Source: a virus (taxonomy: Duplodnaviria > Heunggongvirae > Uroviricota > Caudoviricetes). Taken from it: 9,743 bases of DNA. The stretch is from IMG/VR virus record IMGVR_UViG_3300029623_000287. One strand, written 5' to 3'. A model generated the notes under the pieces. It did not search any database and had not been told where the DNA came from. It saw only the letters and a list, made by a program, of their open reading frames with translations. Below, piece by piece: positions 7,656 through 9,743 of the stretch. Position numbers and translations under genes: made by a program. The stretch's first letter is position 1. Each line of letters begins with the position of its first letter.

Positions 7656-8939
7656 ATGGACTTCCAGTTATATTCGCTCGGCGCAGCGTTAGTGTTTCAT
7701 GAAATATTTTTTCCTGAATCATCAACGGCAATGGCGTTAATTCTGGCAATGGGAACCTATGGTGCAGGTTATGTGGCACGTATTGTCGGAGCATTTATTT
7801 TCGGCAAAATGGGCGACAGAATAGGGCGTAAAAAAGTGCTCTTTATTACCATCACCATGATGGGGATCTGTACCACCTTAATTGGTGTGTTACCGACTTA
7901 TGCACAAATTGGTGTTTTTGCCCCCATCTTGCTGGTGACGCTGCGTATTATTCAGGGGTTGGGTGCAGGTGCGGAAATTTCCGGTGCCGGTACGATGCTG
8001 GCGGAATATGCGCCAAAAGGTAAGCGCGGAATTATCTCCTCATTTGTGGCTATGGGAACTAACTGCGGAACCCTGAGCGCAACGGCAATCTGGGCCTTTA
8101 TGTTCTTCATTCTCAGTAAAGAGGAACTGCTGGCGTGGGGATGGCGTATACCTTTCCTGGCGAGCGTTGTCGTGATGGTCTTTGCTATCTGGTTGCGTAT
8201 GAATCTGAAAGAAAGCCCGGTCTTTGAGAAGGTTAACGACAGCAACCAACCGACAGCAAAACCTGCACCTGCTGGTAGCATGTTCCAGAGCAAATCCTTC
8301 TGGCTGGCAACAGGGCTGCGTTTTGGTCAGGCTGGTAACTCCGGTTTAATTCAGACTTTCCTTGCAGGCTATTTAGTGCAGACGTTATTGTTTAACAAAG
8401 CAATTCCAACAGATGCATTGATGATCAGTTCGATTCTCGGCTTTATGACCATTCCGTTCCTTGGTTGGTTATCCGATAAAATTGGTCGCCGGATCCCGTA
8501 TATTATTATGAATACCTCTGCGATTGTGCTGGCGTGGCCAATGCTTTCTATCATCGTAGATAAAAGCTATGCCCCGAGCACCATTATGGTTGCACTGATT
8601 GTGATTCATAACTGTGCGGTGCTGGGATTATTTGCTCTGGAAAACATTACCATGGCAGAAATGTTCGGCTGTAAAAACCGCTTTACCCGGATGGCCATTT
8701 CTAAAGAAATTGGTGGTCTTATCGCTTCCGGTTTTGGTCCTATCCTGGCGGGTATTTTCTGCACCATGACGGAATCCTGGTATCCGATCGCCATTATGAT
8801 CATGGCATATTCAGTGATTGGTTTAATCTCTGCGCTGAAAATGCCAGAAGTGAAAGACCGTGATTTAAGTGCGCTGGAAGACGCTGCGGAAGATCAACCG
8901 CGTGTTGTAACAGCTGCGCAACCTTCCAGAAGTCTTTAA
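7656..8939 (+). CDS. ydfJ: MFS transporter, metabolite:H+ symporter (MHS) family, YdfJ-like; N-terminally truncated relative to full-length family members (possible pseudogene)
   Basis: 427-aa 11-12 TM protein. The first ATG at 7656 is preceded in frame by TGA at 7650-7652 and has no Shine-Dalgarno site. The protein begins inside the conserved TM1 motif (MDFQLYSLGAALVFHEIFFP, compared with ProP ...EWFDFGVYGFVAYALGKVFFP), so about 25-30 N-terminal residues appear to be missing. The conserved GDRIGRKK loop 2-3 motif is present. Confidence 0.88.
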   Translation: MDFQLYSLGAALVFHEIFFPESSTAMALILAMGTYGAGYVARIVGAFIFGKMGDRIGRKKVLFITITMMGICTTLIGVLPTYAQIGVFAPILLVTLRIIQGLGAGAEISGAGTMLAEYAPKGKRGIISSFVAMGTNCGTLSATAIWAFMFFILSKEELLAWGWRIPFLASVVVMVFAIWLRMNLKESPVFEKVNDSNQPTAKPAPAGSMFQSKSFWLATGLRFGQAGNSGLIQTFLAGYLVQTLLFNKAIPTDALMISSILGFMTIPFLGWLSDKIGRRIPYIIMNTSAIVLAWPMLSIIVDKSYAPSTIMVALIVIHNCAVLGLFALENITMAEMFGCKNRFTRMAISKEIGGLIASGFGPILAGIFCTMTESWYPIAIMIMAYSVIGLISALKMPEVKDRDLSALEDAAEDQPRVVTAAQPSRSL

Positions 8940-8948
8940 ATCCTCAAT

Positions 8949-8979
8949 CCCTTCTCTTACCGGAGAGGGGATTTTTATT
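8949..8979 (+). terminator. Rho-independent terminator downstream of the ydfJ-like gene
   Basis: A 9-bp GC-rich stem (cccttctct / ggagagggg, two G-U wobbles) with a 4-nt loop is followed by atttttatt, starting 10 nt after the TAA stop. Confidence 0.6.
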
Positions 8980-9027
8980 CATATAACAAAACATGTAGCT
9001 TGCTATATTTAATTTTAAGGAATTGTT

Positions 9028-9743
9028 ATGGGAAATCATTTGTTATCAGCAAAAGCGACGCTCCCTGTTTATGATCGTAATAACCTGGCCCCAAGAATTG
9101 TTCATTTAGGCTTTGGTGCATTTCACCGTGCACATCAGGGCGTGTATGCCGATATTCTTGCTACGGAACATTTCAGTGACTGGGGATATTATGAGGTCAA
9201 CTTAATCGGCGGCGAACAGCAAATTGCCGATTTACAACAGCAAGATAATCTTTATACCGTTGCGGAAATGTCGGCTGATGCGTGGACGGCTCGCGTCGTT
9301 GGCGTCGTTAAAAAAGCCTTGCACGTACAAATAGATGGCTTAGAAACCGTGTTGGCTGCGATGTGTGAACCGCAAATCGCGATTGTCTCTCTGACAATCA
9401 CCGAAAAAGGGTATTTCCACTCTCCGGCGACCGGACAGTTAATGCTTGATCACCCGATGGTCGTTGCCGACGTGCAAAATCCCCATCAGCCGAAAACTGC
9501 AACAGGGGTGATTGTTGAGGCGCTGGCTCGCCGTAAAGCGGCAGGACTTCCCGCATTTACCGTCATGTCATGTGACAACATGCCAGAAAACGGTCATGTT
9601 ATGCGTGACGTTGTCACTTCCTATGCGCAAGCCATTGATGTAAAACTGGCACAATGGATCGAAGATAACGTGACTTTCCCATCAACAATGGTGGACCGTA
9701 TTGTGCCCGCAGTGACAGAGGATACGCTGGCGAAAATCGAACA
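9028..9743 (+). CDS. ydfI: Mannitol dehydrogenase family oxidoreductase (YdfI-like, UxuB-like mannonate/polyol dehydrogenase); 3' end beyond the window
   Basis: ATG at 9028 with an AAGG Shine-Dalgarno site 7 nt upstream. The N-terminal [14 protein letters not shown] motif is the dinucleotide-binding signature of long-chain mannitol dehydrogenase family enzymes. The frame is open to the window end. Confidence 0.88.
   Translation, partial: MGNHLLSAKATLPVYDRNNLAPRIVHLGFGAFHRAHQGVYADILATEHFSDWGYYEVNLIGGEQQIADLQQQDNLYTVAEMSADAWTARVVGVVKKALHVQIDGLETVLAAMCEPQIAIVSLTITEKGYFHSPATGQLMLDHPMVVADVQNPHQPKTATGVIVEALARRKAAGLPAFTVMSCDNMPENGHVMRDVVTSYAQAIDVKLAQWIEDNVTFPSTMVDRIVPAVTEDTLAKIE

Noticed and set aside
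7384-7692. Small ORFs 7384..7629 (minus, 81 aa) and 7504..7692 (plus, 62 aa) in the junction region
   Set aside because: They overlap each other, lie in AT-rich non-coding-looking sequence, and lack Shine-Dalgarno sites. The + ORF runs into the ydfJ start in another frame.
7952-8803. Minus-strand ORFs inside the ydfJ-like gene (7952..8293, 8040..8249, 8369..8554, 8606..8803)
   Set aside because: Antisense to a well-supported MFS transporter gene, with no independent evidence.
1-9743. Searched for tRNA or tmRNA genes (common prophage integration targets), CRISPR repeats, IS inverted repeats, and integrase or transposase ORFs
   Set aside because: No cloverleaf-like conserved tRNA motifs, no regularly spaced direct repeats, and no ORF with recombinase features were seen. 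Integration appears to be within the ydfJ-like gene rather than a tRNA.

Overview
This window reads as the distal end of a lambdoid prophage in an Escherichia/Shigella-type chromosome, followed by the chromosomal junction. Left to right: (1) a side tail fiber gene (1..2375, + strand) with a lambda Stf-like N-terminus, an Ala/Ser/Thr-rich shaft encoded by 189-nt tandem repeats, and a LamG-like distal domain; it is interrupted by a 22-N gap (1989..2010) that creates an artificial frame change. (2) Three small, tightly packed + strand ORFs with good Shine-Dalgarno sites: a 93-aa acidic protein translationally coupled to the fiber, a 234-aa coiled-coil protein with a peptidase-S74-like intramolecular chaperone domain, and a 97-aa membrane protein. 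(3) The convergent sitABCD Mn/Fe ABC transporter operon (- strand, 7215 down to 3766) with overlapping start/stop codons and, upstream of sitA, a perfect MntR-type palindrome and a Fur box. (4) An AT-rich junction, then an N-terminally truncated MHS-family MFS transporter (ydfJ-like), a rho-independent terminator, and the 5' part of a mannitol-dehydrogenase-family oxidoreductase (ydfI-like). No tRNA, rRNA, CRISPR array, integrase or transposase is visible. The layout fits sitABCD carried as cargo at a Qin-like prophage end inserted into ydfJ. The least explained part is the three-ORF cassette between the tail fiber and sitD.
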